Of a stretch of 64,000 nucleotides of DNA, positions 1-9,037 are shown piece after piece. This DNA is from Thermoanaerobaculia bacterium (GTDB taxonomy: Bacteria; Acidobacteriota; Thermoanaerobaculia; UBA5066), in assembly GCA_963816185.1 (NCBI GenBank), contig CAWFJJ010000028.1, positions 320,001 to 384,000 on the forward strand, in the 5' to 3' direction. The position numbers were made by a program, and so were the translations under genes. The notes below the pieces were generated by a model. The model worked only from the letters and a program-made list of their open reading frames with translations, was not told where the DNA came from and searched no databases. Each line of letters begins with the position of its first letter. The first letter of the stretch is position 1.

Positions 1-2028
1 GAAGCCGGCGGGAGGCCCGTCTCCTCGACGATGAGCCGGACTGCCGCGGCGAAGTCGCGCTGGTGAAACTGGCGTGCCGACACGTTCACGGAGATGCGGA
101 GCTTCGGGACCCCGCGAGCCTGCCACGACCGCGCCTGTTCGCACGCACGTCTCAGGACCCACTCACCCACGCGGCCGATGAGGCCGACATCCTCGGCGAG
201 CGGAATGAACTCGCGAGGCGACAAAATGCCCCTCTCGGGGTGCTGCCAGCGGACGAGCGCTTCCACGCCGATGGGCGCCCGCGTGGCGAGGCACAGGATC
301 GGCTGGTAATGAAGCACGAACTCGCCCCGGGGCAGGGCGCGCCTCAGCCCGCTCTCCATCGCGGCACGCTGCTGTGACTGCTCCTGCATCTTCCGTGTGA
401 AGAACTGGAAGGTGTTGCGGCCGGTCTCCTTCGCGCGGTACATCGCGGTGTCCACGTTCGCCACGAGCATCTCGGCGTCTTCGCCGTCACCGGGGTAGAG
501 GCCGATCCCGATGGACGCCTCGATGAACAGCTCGCGCTTCTGGATCAGGAACGGCTCGGACAGGACCTCCAGAATCTTGCGCGCCATGGTGGCGGCGTCG
601 TTCTCCCGCGCGATGCCGTTCAGGAGAAGCAGAAACTCGTCCCCGCCCACGCGTGCCACGGTGTCGTCCGCCCGTATGCAGCGACGGAGACGGTCGGCGG
701 CCTTGACGAGGAGCTCGTCGCCGGCCGAATGGCCGAGCGTGTCGTTCACGCGCTTGAAATGATCGAGGTCCAGGAACATCACCGCGAGCGACTGTCGCCG
801 GCGGTGCGCGTGCAGGATCGCGAGGGAGAGCCGGTCGTTGAACAGCACCCGGTTCGGCAGGTCGGTCAGCGCATCATGATTCGCCTGGTGCCACCGCTGC
901 TGCTCGGCGCGCTTACGGTCTGTGATGTCGATGAGGCTGCCTTCCATAACACTCTCGCCCCCGCCTTCCGGCTCGAGGAGGCTCTCGTTCGCGAGGACCC
1001 ATACCGTCGTGCCGTCCCGGCGCTTCAGGCAGAGCTCGAAATTGACGAGGACCCTCTGGTGCGAAAGCCGGGCCAGGAAGGACGCCCGATCGGAGGGCTC
1101 GGCATAAAGGTCGAGCGCGGAAACCTTGAGGACGTCCTCGCGGGAGGGATAGCCGAGGATCCGGGCGAAGGCTGAGTTGCAATCGAGGATCCTGCCGTCG
1201 AGAGTCGTCCGGAAAAGACCGGCCAGGTTTCGCTCGAAGAGCAGGCGGTAACGCTGTTCGGAGGAGCGGAGCGCCTCGTCGCGCCGGCGAAGCAGCCGCG
1301 CGATCAAGGCCGACGCGCCCACCGAAAGGGCCCCCAGAAGGCACGTCATGACCAGGATTGCGACGATCAGCCGGCCGCGAGCCCAGCGCGTGGTCTGACC
1401 GACGGCCGCGGAGAAGGCGTCCTCGAGGACGGTGGCGCGCTCGTTGAGGCGGTCGATCTCCCTCGCGAACGCCGCATGATCTGCCGGCGAGAGCGGCGCC
1501 TGCGCGCCGTGAATCCGCGTACCGAGGTCGAGCATCTCGTCGACGAGAAGGTCGCCGCGCTCCCAGGCTTCGATCGCGCGAGCGAACGCCGCAATGCCCT
1601 GGTAGCGGAGGAAGAGCCGGGCCATCTCGTCCACGCTGGACACGCTTGTTGCCGCCTTCGAGGAAGCCCTGCTGGGCGGCGTGCACGTCCGGCGAAGGTT
1701 GCTGCAGAGCGAGGCGTGCCTTCCGATCGCCGAGCGGCACGGCGAGCCGGCCGAGGAAACGGCGGTAATCGGCCTCGTCGCCGGAATCGAGGTAGCGCGA
1801 GAGCGCAAGAGAGGCGTCTTTCTGGCCTTTCGACCAGTGGGACTCGGCGCTCACGAACGCCTGAAGGCCGGCCAGGATGTTCAGTCCGGAGGTACCCAGC
1901 GCCACGAGGGAGCCGATGACGATCAGGAACAGAACGACCAGGATCGCGATCCAGCGCGTTACGGGGAGCGGCGCTTCGGGAGCGGCGCCCGCCCCCTTGC
2001 GACCCCGGGTCAAGATCGGCACGGGCAA
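1..2028 (-). CDS. Membrane sensor PAS-GGDEF-EAL diguanylate cyclase/phosphodiesterase (apparent frameshift near 1640; runs off the window)
   Basis: N-terminal TM segment in ORF 913..2028. The reverse strand at about 631-660 reads VARVGGDEFL, and 150-330 reads LHYQP..VEALVRWQHPERG (EAL domain). Confidence 0.85.
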
Positions 2029-2775
2029 TTATAGGGACGGGGGCGCCGGCGGCGCCTCGGCGACGTTCAGGCCCATGGTGCCGAGGAGCCGACTCTCGTA
2101 GCGTGCGCCGTCGAGCCCCGCCTCACGCATGAGCGCCTGTACGCCTCGCTGGGCCGGATAGCGCTCGAGCGACTCCGGAATGTAGAGGTAGGTCTCGGCA
2201 TCGCCGTGGAAGAGCCAGCCCACGAACGGCATCATCGTCCGGAGAAAGGCCCGATAGACGAGGCCGGCGGCGCGGCTGTCGGGCTTGCCGAAGTCGAGGA
2301 CGACGACGCGCCCCCGGGGCGCGAGCACGCGACGCATCTCCCGCAGGGCCGCGAGCGGGTCGGCGATGTTGCGCAGGCCGTAGCCCACCGTCACGATCTC
2401 GAAGGCTCGGTTCGGGAACGGCAGGCGCAGGGCGTCGCCCTGCACGAACGCGCTCCGGCTCCGCGCGGCGGAACGGCGGCGGGCCGCGACGCCGAGCATG
2501 GGCAGCGTGAAATCGAGGCCCGTGATCCTGGACTCGGGCCCGGCGTTCGCTTCGGCGAGGAACGAGAGGTCGCCCGTTCCGCAGCACAGGTCGAGGACGC
2601 GGACCGGGCCCGAGCGTCCTTCGAGGGCGAGCCGGATCGTGTCCTTCTTCCAACGCCGGTGGAGCCCGAAGCTCATGACGTCGTTGACGACGTCGTAACG
2701 GCCCGCGAGACGCGAGAACATCGCGCGCACCTTCGGCGCCCGCTGGTCGTCGTACGAGAGATACTTGTTCCCCAC
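2029..2775 (-). CDS. menG: Ubiquinone/menaquinone biosynthesis C-methyltransferase (UbiE/MenG family)
   Basis: VRAMFSRLAGRYDVVNDVMSFGLHRRWK, SAM motif VLDLCCGTGD, GDALRLPF, GYGLRN; GTG start at 2775. Confidence 0.85.
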   Translation of the reverse strand: MGNKYLSYDDQRAPKVRAMFSRLAGRYDVVNDVMSFGLHRRWKKDTIRLALEGRSGPVRVLDLCCGTGDLSFLAEANAGPESRITGLDFTLPMLGVAARRRSAARSRSAFVQGDALRLPFPNRAFEIVTVGYGLRNIADPLAALREMRRVLAPRGRVVVLDFGKPDSRAAGLVYRAFLRTMMPFVGWLFHGDAETYLYIPESLERYPAQRGVQALMREAGLDGARYESRLLGTMGLNVAEAPPAPPSL

Positions 2776-2788
2776 GGAGCGATTGTAG

Positions 2789-3439
2789 GTGGAGCGGTTT
2801 CTGTTCGACGGCCCGGCGCGCGCCCTGCGCACGCTCGTTCTCGCGCACGGTGCGGGAGCCCCGATGGATTCTCCCTTCCTGGAGACGATCGCGAAGGGGA
2901 TCTCTTCCGCCGGCTTCCGCGTCGCGCGCTTCGAGTTCCCGTACATGCGCGGTCGCCGCGAGGAGGGCAAGAGACGCCCGCCGGACCGTGGCCCCGTCCT
3001 CTCCGAAAGCTGGCGGGAGGCGATCCGCGATCTCTCGGGGGAGGACGGCCCGGGCGCCCTCGTCATCGGGGGGAAATCGATGGGAGGACGCATCGCGAGC
3101 ATGGTCGCCGACGAAGCGGACGTCGCCGGCCTCGTCTGCCTCGGATACCCTTTCCATCCGCCCGGAAAGCCGGACAAGCTCCGCGTCGCGCACCTCGAAA
3201 ACCTGAGGACTCCCGCGCTGATCGTCCAGGGCGAGCGCGACGCTTTCGGAACGCGCGAGGAGGTCGCCCGCTATCGCCTTTCGAAGAACATCCGGATTCT
3301 CTTCCTGAAGGACGGCGACCACTCGTTCAAGCCGCGGGCGTCCTCGGGCCGCACGGAGGCTCAGAACCTCCAGGAGGCCGTTGCGCACGTCACGGCTTTC
3401 CTCGAGAAGGAGTCGCGCGGGTCTCCCCGATCCGCATGA
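2789..3439 (+). CDS. Alpha/beta hydrolase (KANL3/Tex30-like)
   Basis: LAHGAGAPMDS, nucleophile GGKSMGGR, GYPFHPPGK, QGERDAFG, GDHSF. Confidence 0.85.
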   Translation: MERFLFDGPARALRTLVLAHGAGAPMDSPFLETIAKGISSAGFRVARFEFPYMRGRREEGKRRPPDRGPVLSESWREAIRDLSGEDGPGALVIGGKSMGGRIASMVADEADVAGLVCLGYPFHPPGKPDKLRVAHLENLRTPALIVQGERDAFGTREEVARYRLSKNIRILFLKDGDHSFKPRASSGRTEAQNLQEAVAHVTAFLEKESRGSPRSA

Positions 3440-4406
3440 TCCACGCGCGTCCGTCCGGAATTCCCGCGCGGCTCGCGGCGGCCCGGAAGCGGCCCGGCGG
3501 CTCGAAGGCCGGCTCGTCTGTCAGGACGACCGTACCCCAGTGCATCGCGACGAGCGTGTGCGCACCGAGATCGCGGCCGACGGAGACGGCCTCCTCGGGG
3601 TTGCAGTGCACCGGCTGCATGATCGACTTGGGCTCGTAGGCGCCGATCGGCACGAGCGCGATGTCGAACGGGCCGATGCGGCGGCCGATCTCGCCGAAGA
3701 CCGGGCCGTAGCCGGTGTCGCCCGCGAAGAAGACCTTGCGCCCCGCGGACTCGATCGACCAGGAGCACCAAAGGGTGGCATTGCGGTCGAACGGCGTGCG
3801 CCCCGAGAAGTGGATGCAGGGAAGACAGGAGAAAGAAACCGGGGAGAAAGAAGAAGATTTTCTTAGAAGGGTGCCCTCTCCCCACGTCAGCTCGCGGACA
3901 TCTGAGTACCGCCGCGACGAAAAGAACGGCCCGAGGCCGGAGGGTACGACGGCCACAGGCGCCCCTCTTCCTTTCAGGGAAATCTCCTCTACGGACCTCG
4001 CATCGAGGTGATCGTAGTGATTGTGGGAGATCACGATCGCGTCGATCGGAGGCAGCTCCCGGAGCGGCAGACCGGGCGGGACGAAACGCTTCGGGCCGAA
4101 GCCCGCCGTGGGGCTCGCGCGGTCGGAAAGGAAAGGATCCGTCAGAACGGTCAGGCCGCCCGTCCGGAGGAGGAACGAAGCGTGTCCGAGCCACGTGAGG
4201 GACTCCGGGCCTGCTGTCCGGAGCATCTCCCTGGCCTCGGGAAGGGGCACGACGTGGCCTGTCGGAACAGGGGGCGGGAGCCGGTCCCGCAACCGGCGCA
4301 GGAAGAACGGCGCGAATTCCACGAGCCCCGCGGTCCGGGGGAGGCTTCCTTCTGGGTTGCGAAACCGCACGCGGGAAGAGGATAGCGGAGGCGAGCGCGG
4401 TACCAT
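3390..4406 (-). CDS. MBL-fold metallohydrolase (NAPE-PLD/RomA-like)
   Basis: TWLGHASF, ISHNHYDHLD, FAGDTGY, PIGAYEP, MHWGT in the C-terminal half of ORF 3390..5438. Start uncertain. Confidence 0.85.
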   Translation of the reverse strand: MVPRSPPLSSSRVRFRNPEGSLPRTAGLVEFAPFFLRRLRDRLPPPVPTGHVVPLPEAREMLRTAGPESLTWLGHASFLLRTGGLTVLTDPFLSDRASPTAGFGPKRFVPPGLPLRELPPIDAIVISHNHYDHLDARSVEEISLKGRGAPVAVVPSGLGPFFSSRRYSDVRELTWGEGTLLRKSSSFSPVSFSCLPCIHFSGRTPFDRNATLWCSWSIESAGRKVFFAGDTGYGPVFGEIGRRIGPFDIALVPIGAYEPKSIMQPVHCNPEEAVSVGRDLGAHTLVAMHWGTVVLTDEPAFEPPGRFRAAASRAGIPDGRAWIMRIGETRATPSRGKP

Positions 4407-4415
4407 CCGCGCGTC

Positions 4416-5510
4416 GTGATGCCGCTTGCCCTCGTCCTCCTCGCCGCACCACGGCCCCCATCCCTCACTCCGGTGTTCGACGAGACCGCCGCCGAGCGAT
4501 TCGCGAATCTCGCGCTCGCGTGCGTGGCCCGCGAATACCCGAACAAGATCGCGCACACGCTGGAAAGCGACCGGGACGCGAGGCCCCCGCGCCTCCTGAC
4601 GCCTGTTTTCTTCGGGTGCTACGACTGGCACTCTTCGGTGCACGCTCACTGGCTTCTCGCGCGCCTCGCGAGCCGGTACCCGACCGCCCGATTCGTTCTG
4701 CGCGCGAGAGTCGCTCTGGGAGCGTCCTTTACGAAGGAGAAGGTGGCGGGGGAGGTCGCATATCTCGAAGGAGTCGGCCGCGCCACGTTCGAAAGGCCTT
4801 ACGGCCTCGCGTGGCTCCTGCAGCTCGCCGCCGAGCTCAGGGCGTGGGACGACCCTGAAGCACGTGCCTGGTCGGCGACGCTCGCGCCGCTCGAAAGAGC
4901 GGCTGCGTCCCGTCTCGCCGACTGGCTGCCCAAGCTCGCCTACCCGATCCGCGAGGGCGAGCACGGACAAACCGCGTTCGCCTTCGGGCTCGTCCTCGAT
5001 TGGGCCCGAGCGGCGAAGGACGTGCGGATGGAGAAGCTCGTGTCGGCGAAGACACGCGATCTCTATTCCACGGATCGGGACTGTCCGACGGCGTACGAAC
5101 CGTCCGGGCAGGACTTTCTCTCGCCCTGCCTCGCGGAGGCCGATCTGATGCGCCGGGTGCTCGCGCCGCCCGCGTTCTCTTCGTGGCTTCGGGCGTTCAT
5201 GCCCGGAATCCCCGAAGAAGCTGCGCCCTGGATGAAGGTCGCGACCGTCACGGATCCTTCCGATGGAAAGCTCGCTCATCTCGATGGATTGAATCTCTCC
5301 CGCGCCTGGATGCTGGAGGGCATCGCGGCCTCCCTGCCGCCGAACGACCCGCGGTTGCCCGCCCTCCGCTCCGCCGCAGCGGAGCACCGGTCGTCCGGTC
5401 TCGCGTCCGTAACCGGCGCGCACTACGAAGGCGGCCACTGGCTCGGCACGTTCGCGGTCTACCTCGTCACGGGGGCCGGCCTTCCCAAATCGCCGGGCGC
5501 GGCGCCGTGA
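4416..5510 (+). CDS. DUF2891 family protein (likely secreted)
   Basis: EYPNK, FFGCYDWHSSVH, FERPYGLAW, HLDGLNLSRAW, YEGGHWLGTFAVY. Confidence 0.8.
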   Translation: MMPLALVLLAAPRPPSLTPVFDETAAERFANLALACVAREYPNKIAHTLESDRDARPPRLLTPVFFGCYDWHSSVHAHWLLARLASRYPTARFVLRARVALGASFTKEKVAGEVAYLEGVGRATFERPYGLAWLLQLAAELRAWDDPEARAWSATLAPLERAAASRLADWLPKLAYPIREGEHGQTAFAFGLVLDWARAAKDVRMEKLVSAKTRDLYSTDRDCPTAYEPSGQDFLSPCLAEADLMRRVLAPPAFSSWLRAFMPGIPEEAAPWMKVATVTDPSDGKLAHLDGLNLSRAWMLEGIAASLPPNDPRLPALRSAAAEHRSSGLASVTGAHYEGGHWLGTFAVYLVTGAGLPKSPGAAP

Positions 5511-6265
5511 CGGCCACGCGGATCGCCCTTCTCGTGGGCTCGGCGATCACAGCCGGGATCATGAACGCGCTCGCGGGCGGCGGGACGATCCTGACGTTTC
5601 CCGCTCTCCTCCTCGTGGGCGTGCCCGCGATCCAGGCGAACGCGACCTCGACCGTGGCCCTCGTCCCCGGCGCGTTCTCGAGCCTTGCCGGCTATCGGCG
5701 CGAGGTGGGCACTCACCGCCAGTGGCTCACGCGCCTCCTCGTCCCGAGCCTCCTCGGCGGCGCCCTCGGTTCGGTCCTGCTTCTCAGGACGCCGGAGAAG
5801 ATCTTCGCGTCTCTCGCACCGTATCTCGTGCTCTTCGCGACGCTCCTGTTTCTCTTCCAGATCTTCTGGGCACGGCGGGCTCCGGCCGGCGGTGGCGGCG
5901 AGCACACTTCATGGACGTTCGCGTCTCTCGTGCAGTTCTTCGCCGCGATCTATGGCGGTTACTTCGGCGCCGGCGTGGGCATCGTGATGCTCGTGATCCT
6001 GGGCTCCCTCGGTCTGACCGACATCCACGCCATGAACGGCCTGAAGAATTTCTTCGGGATCTGCATCAACGCCGTCGCGTCCGCCTGGTTCATCTTCAAC
6101 GGCGTCGTGATCTGGCCGCTCGCTCTCCTCATGATGACCGGGGCGATCGCGGGGGGATGGGCGGGTGCCGGGTTCGCGCGCCGGATCGGAAAGGACAAGG
6201 CGCGTGTCGCGGTCGTTGTGATCGGTTTCGGCATCACGGTCGTGCTATTTCTCCAGCGCTCGTGA
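5507..6265 (+). CDS. Sulfite exporter TauE/SafE family membrane protein
   Basis: AGIMNALAGGGTILTFP, ANATST, YGGYFGAGVG; GTGA overlap with the upstream stop. Confidence 0.85.
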   Translation: MTATRIALLVGSAITAGIMNALAGGGTILTFPALLLVGVPAIQANATSTVALVPGAFSSLAGYRREVGTHRQWLTRLLVPSLLGGALGSVLLLRTPEKIFASLAPYLVLFATLLFLFQIFWARRAPAGGGGEHTSWTFASLVQFFAAIYGGYFGAGVGIVMLVILGSLGLTDIHAMNGLKNFFGICINAVASAWFIFNGVVIWPLALLMMTGAIAGGWAGAGFARRIGKDKARVAVVVIGFGITVVLFLQRS

Positions 6266-6385
6266 GGCAGAGACCCGAAATGCCGGGCGCTTCGCGCCGT
6301 GCTTAGAATTGGAGGAGAAGAAAACCAAAACGCGTGCGCTGCGTATCCGGAGATCAGGTCGATTGGAATAAGGAGGAGAACGAAA

Positions 6386-7057
6386 ATGAAGCGCTTCCGA
6401 ATCTCCGCTCGTACTTTCTCAGCAGCTCTTTCTCTCGTAGGTCTTACGCTTCTCATACCCTCCTTGGCGCTCGGCGACGAGAAGCCCAAGGAAGCCACGA
6501 AGGCGGCGGCGCCCGCCTCGAAGGCCGGCGCGCCGGCACATCTGCCCAGTCCGGAAGAGATGACGAAGGCCTGGATGGCGGCCGGGACGCCCGGCGAGGC
6601 CCACAAGAAGCTCGAGCCGATGGTCGGCTCGTTCACCGTCGCCACGAAGATGTGGATGGATCCGAAGAAGCCCCCGGAGGAGACGACGGGCACGACGGAG
6701 AGCAAATGGGTGCTCGGCGGCCGTTTCGTCGAGGAACGCGTGGAGGGAACGGCGATGGGTCAGCCTTTCAGCGGCATCGGGCTCACGGGCTACGACAACT
6801 ACAAGAAGAAGTACGTCGGGTCGTGGGCGGACAGCATGGGGACGATGATCATGACGTCCACCGGGACGGCGGACGCCTCCGGTAAGAAGTTCACGTTCTG
6901 GTCCACGATCGACGACGTCGTCATGAAGAAGCCCACGAAGGTCAAGGGAGTCCTGACGGTGGTCGACGACGACCACCACACTTACGAGATGTGGGGCACC
7001 GGGCCGAACGGCAAGATGTTCAAATCGCTCGAAATCCAGTACACGCGGAAGAAGTAG
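6386..7057 (+). CDS. Secreted DUF1579 family protein
   Basis: Signal peptide; TPGEAHKKLEPMVG, WVLGGRF, GIGLTGYDNYKKKYVGSWADSMGT; AGGAGG SD upstream. Confidence 0.75.
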   Translation: MKRFRISARTFSAALSLVGLTLLIPSLALGDEKPKEATKAAAPASKAGAPAHLPSPEEMTKAWMAAGTPGEAHKKLEPMVGSFTVATKMWMDPKKPPEETTGTTESKWVLGGRFVEERVEGTAMGQPFSGIGLTGYDNYKKKYVGSWADSMGTMIMTSTGTADASGKKFTFWSTIDDVVMKKPTKVKGVLTVVDDDHHTYEMWGTGPNGKMFKSLEIQYTRKK

Positions 7058-7058
7058 C

Positions 7059-8885
7059 TCAGAGCCTCTTCAGCGCCTCCATCGCTTTTTTCAGCGACTG
7101 CCGGCTCCGGAAGAACCCGGCCCACGGGTCGGGCTTCCGGAGCCGCTCGGCGAAGTTGCCGATGTTGAAATCGGCCGCCTTCAGAGACGTCTTCACCTCG
7201 GACCATTCGAGCGGCGTCGAGACGGGAGCGTGCGGGCGGCGTCGCACGGAGTAGGGTGTGACAACCGTCTGCCCGAGCGCGTTTCGGAAGGAGTCGAGGA
7301 AGACGCGGCCCTTCCGCGCCGCGATGCGCATCTCCACGGTCAGCTCCTTCGGGTACGCCGCGCTGAGGCGCGTCCCGAGCTCCTTCGCGAACCACGTGAC
7401 CTCTTTCGTGTCGGGGCCGGGCCTGATCGGCAGGAAGATGTGCAGGCCCTTTCCCCCCGACGTCTTCACGAAGGCCTTGAGGCCGAGCGCGTCCAGAGCC
7501 TGCTTCACTTTCAGCGCCGCGTTCACGGCGTCGACCATCTCGCCCGAGTCCGGGTCGAGATCGAAGCAGACCCAGTCGGGCCGGTCGAGATCGTCGACCC
7601 GGCTGTTCCAGACGTGAACGGCGATGCATCCGAGATTCGCGAGGGCGAGCTGCGTCTCGAGTTTTCCTCCCACGACCGTGTTCGTGACGCCGCGGCCGTG
7701 CTTCACGGGGATCGTCGGCGTGTCCTTCGGCATTCCGGCGGGCTTCTCCTTCTGGTAGAAGCACTCACCTCCCAGCCCGTCCGGACAGCGCTCCAGGGAA
7801 AGCGGGCGCTCGTCGACGAAGGGCTTCAGGCTCGGGAAGATCCCCTGATAGAACGCGACGAGATCCGCCTTCGTGTAGCCCTCCTCGGGCCAGAAGACCT
7901 TGTCGGGGTTCGAGACGGGGACGGGGAAAGAAGGATTTGAGGGAGACGAAGAGGAAGACGAAGACGAAAACGAAGAGGAAGATCTCTTAGAAAGGGTCTT
8001 GGTTTTCGATGCGCGCGATGAGGGCCCGCCGCCTTGTGGTGCGGGAGACCGACCGGGGGATTTCTTAGAAGGGGGCGTTGCTTTCGATGCGCGGGTCGAC
8101 TTTTCGCCGCGCGTCGGCGATGCCTCCGCCGTCTTCACTTTCAAAGAAATCTTCTCTTCGTGCTCTTCGGAGCTCACATTTTCGGCGGCAGTCTTGTTCG
8201 AATGCCAGACCGCGGGGACCTTTTTCCGCGCGCGCTCGAGGTTCTTCGGGTTCGCCAGGAGCTTTTCCACGTCGGCCACGGGGTCGCCGGTCGAAGCTTT
8301 CTCGACGTCGCCGCCCTCGTCGATCGCGATCTCGGTCAGGAGCCGATTCGACACGGCGGAGCGTGGCCGGGTATCCGCGATGTCCTCGCCCGAGGCGAAG
8401 TCGTCGCGGTGCTTGATGAGGAGCCATGTGGGCTTGGACGAACCGCCCCAGCCCTTCGTGCGCACGAGGACCCACGAGCCCTTGAGCTTGTCGCCCTGCA
8501 GGGTGAATTTGAGGTCGCCCTTCTCGAGCGCCGCATCGACGTCGGGTGAGTCAGGGCTCCATGTGCCGTTGTCCCAGATCATCACGGTCCCGCCGCCGTA
8601 TTCGCCCGCCGGGATGATCCCCTCGAAGCTCGCGTATTCGATCGGGTGATCCTCCACGTGAGTGGCGAAGCGTTTCACCGAGGGGTCGAGCGAGGGCCCC
8701 TTCGGGACGGCCCACGACAGAAGGACCCCATTCCATTCGAGGCGGAAGTCGTAGTGCAACGCGGTCGCGCGGTGCTTCTGGATGACGTAGGCGAGCCCCC
8801 CTTTTCGCGTTTTCGGCGCCCTGCCGCCCGCGGGCTCGTTCGTGACGTGGAAGCGGCGCTTTTTCCGATACTCCTCGAGCGGCAT
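7059..8885 (-). CDS. ligD: LigD-type protein: 3'-phosphoesterase domain + primase-polymerase domain, no ligase domain
   Basis: PE motifs IQKHRATALHYDFRLE, SWAVPKGPS, EDHPIEY. POL motifs SNPDKVFWP, FDLDP, KTSGGKGLHI, PYSVR. Ser/Lys-rich linker between them. Confidence 0.85.
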   Translation of the reverse strand: MPLEEYRKKRRFHVTNEPAGGRAPKTRKGGLAYVIQKHRATALHYDFRLEWNGVLLSWAVPKGPSLDPSVKRFATHVEDHPIEYASFEGIIPAGEYGGGTVMIWDNGTWSPDSPDVDAALEKGDLKFTLQGDKLKGSWVLVRTKGWGGSSKPTWLLIKHRDDFASGEDIADTRPRSAVSNRLLTEIAIDEGGDVEKASTGDPVADVEKLLANPKNLERARKKVPAVWHSNKTAAENVSSEEHEEKISLKVKTAEASPTRGEKSTRASKATPPSKKSPGRSPAPQGGGPSSRASKTKTLSKRSSSSFSSSSSSSSPSNPSFPVPVSNPDKVFWPEEGYTKADLVAFYQGIFPSLKPFVDERPLSLERCPDGLGGECFYQKEKPAGMPKDTPTIPVKHGRGVTNTVVGGKLETQLALANLGCIAVHVWNSRVDDLDRPDWVCFDLDPDSGEMVDAVNAALKVKQALDALGLKAFVKTSGGKGLHIFLPIRPGPDTKEVTWFAKELGTRLSAAYPKELTVEMRIAARKGRVFLDSFRNALGQTVVTPYSVRRRPHAPVSTPLEWSEVKTSLKAADFNIGNFAERLRKPDPWAGFFRSRQSLKKAMEALKRL

Positions 8886-9037
8886 GTCAAGACGATAGTG
8901 GCCGAGGCGAGAGAAGCCAAGCGAGCGCGGGAACGCCTCTCGGTCGAACGAGAAGCGGGTCCGGCGCGTGCTACGATCGATGCGTTTCGAGGTCATCGCG
9001 GAGCTCCGATGCCTCGGCGACGGAAGGCCTCGGGGGA

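Noticed and set aside
7940-7990. GAAGAG/GAAGAC short tandem repeats
   Set aside because: They encode the poly-Ser linker of LigD; not an array or contingency locus.
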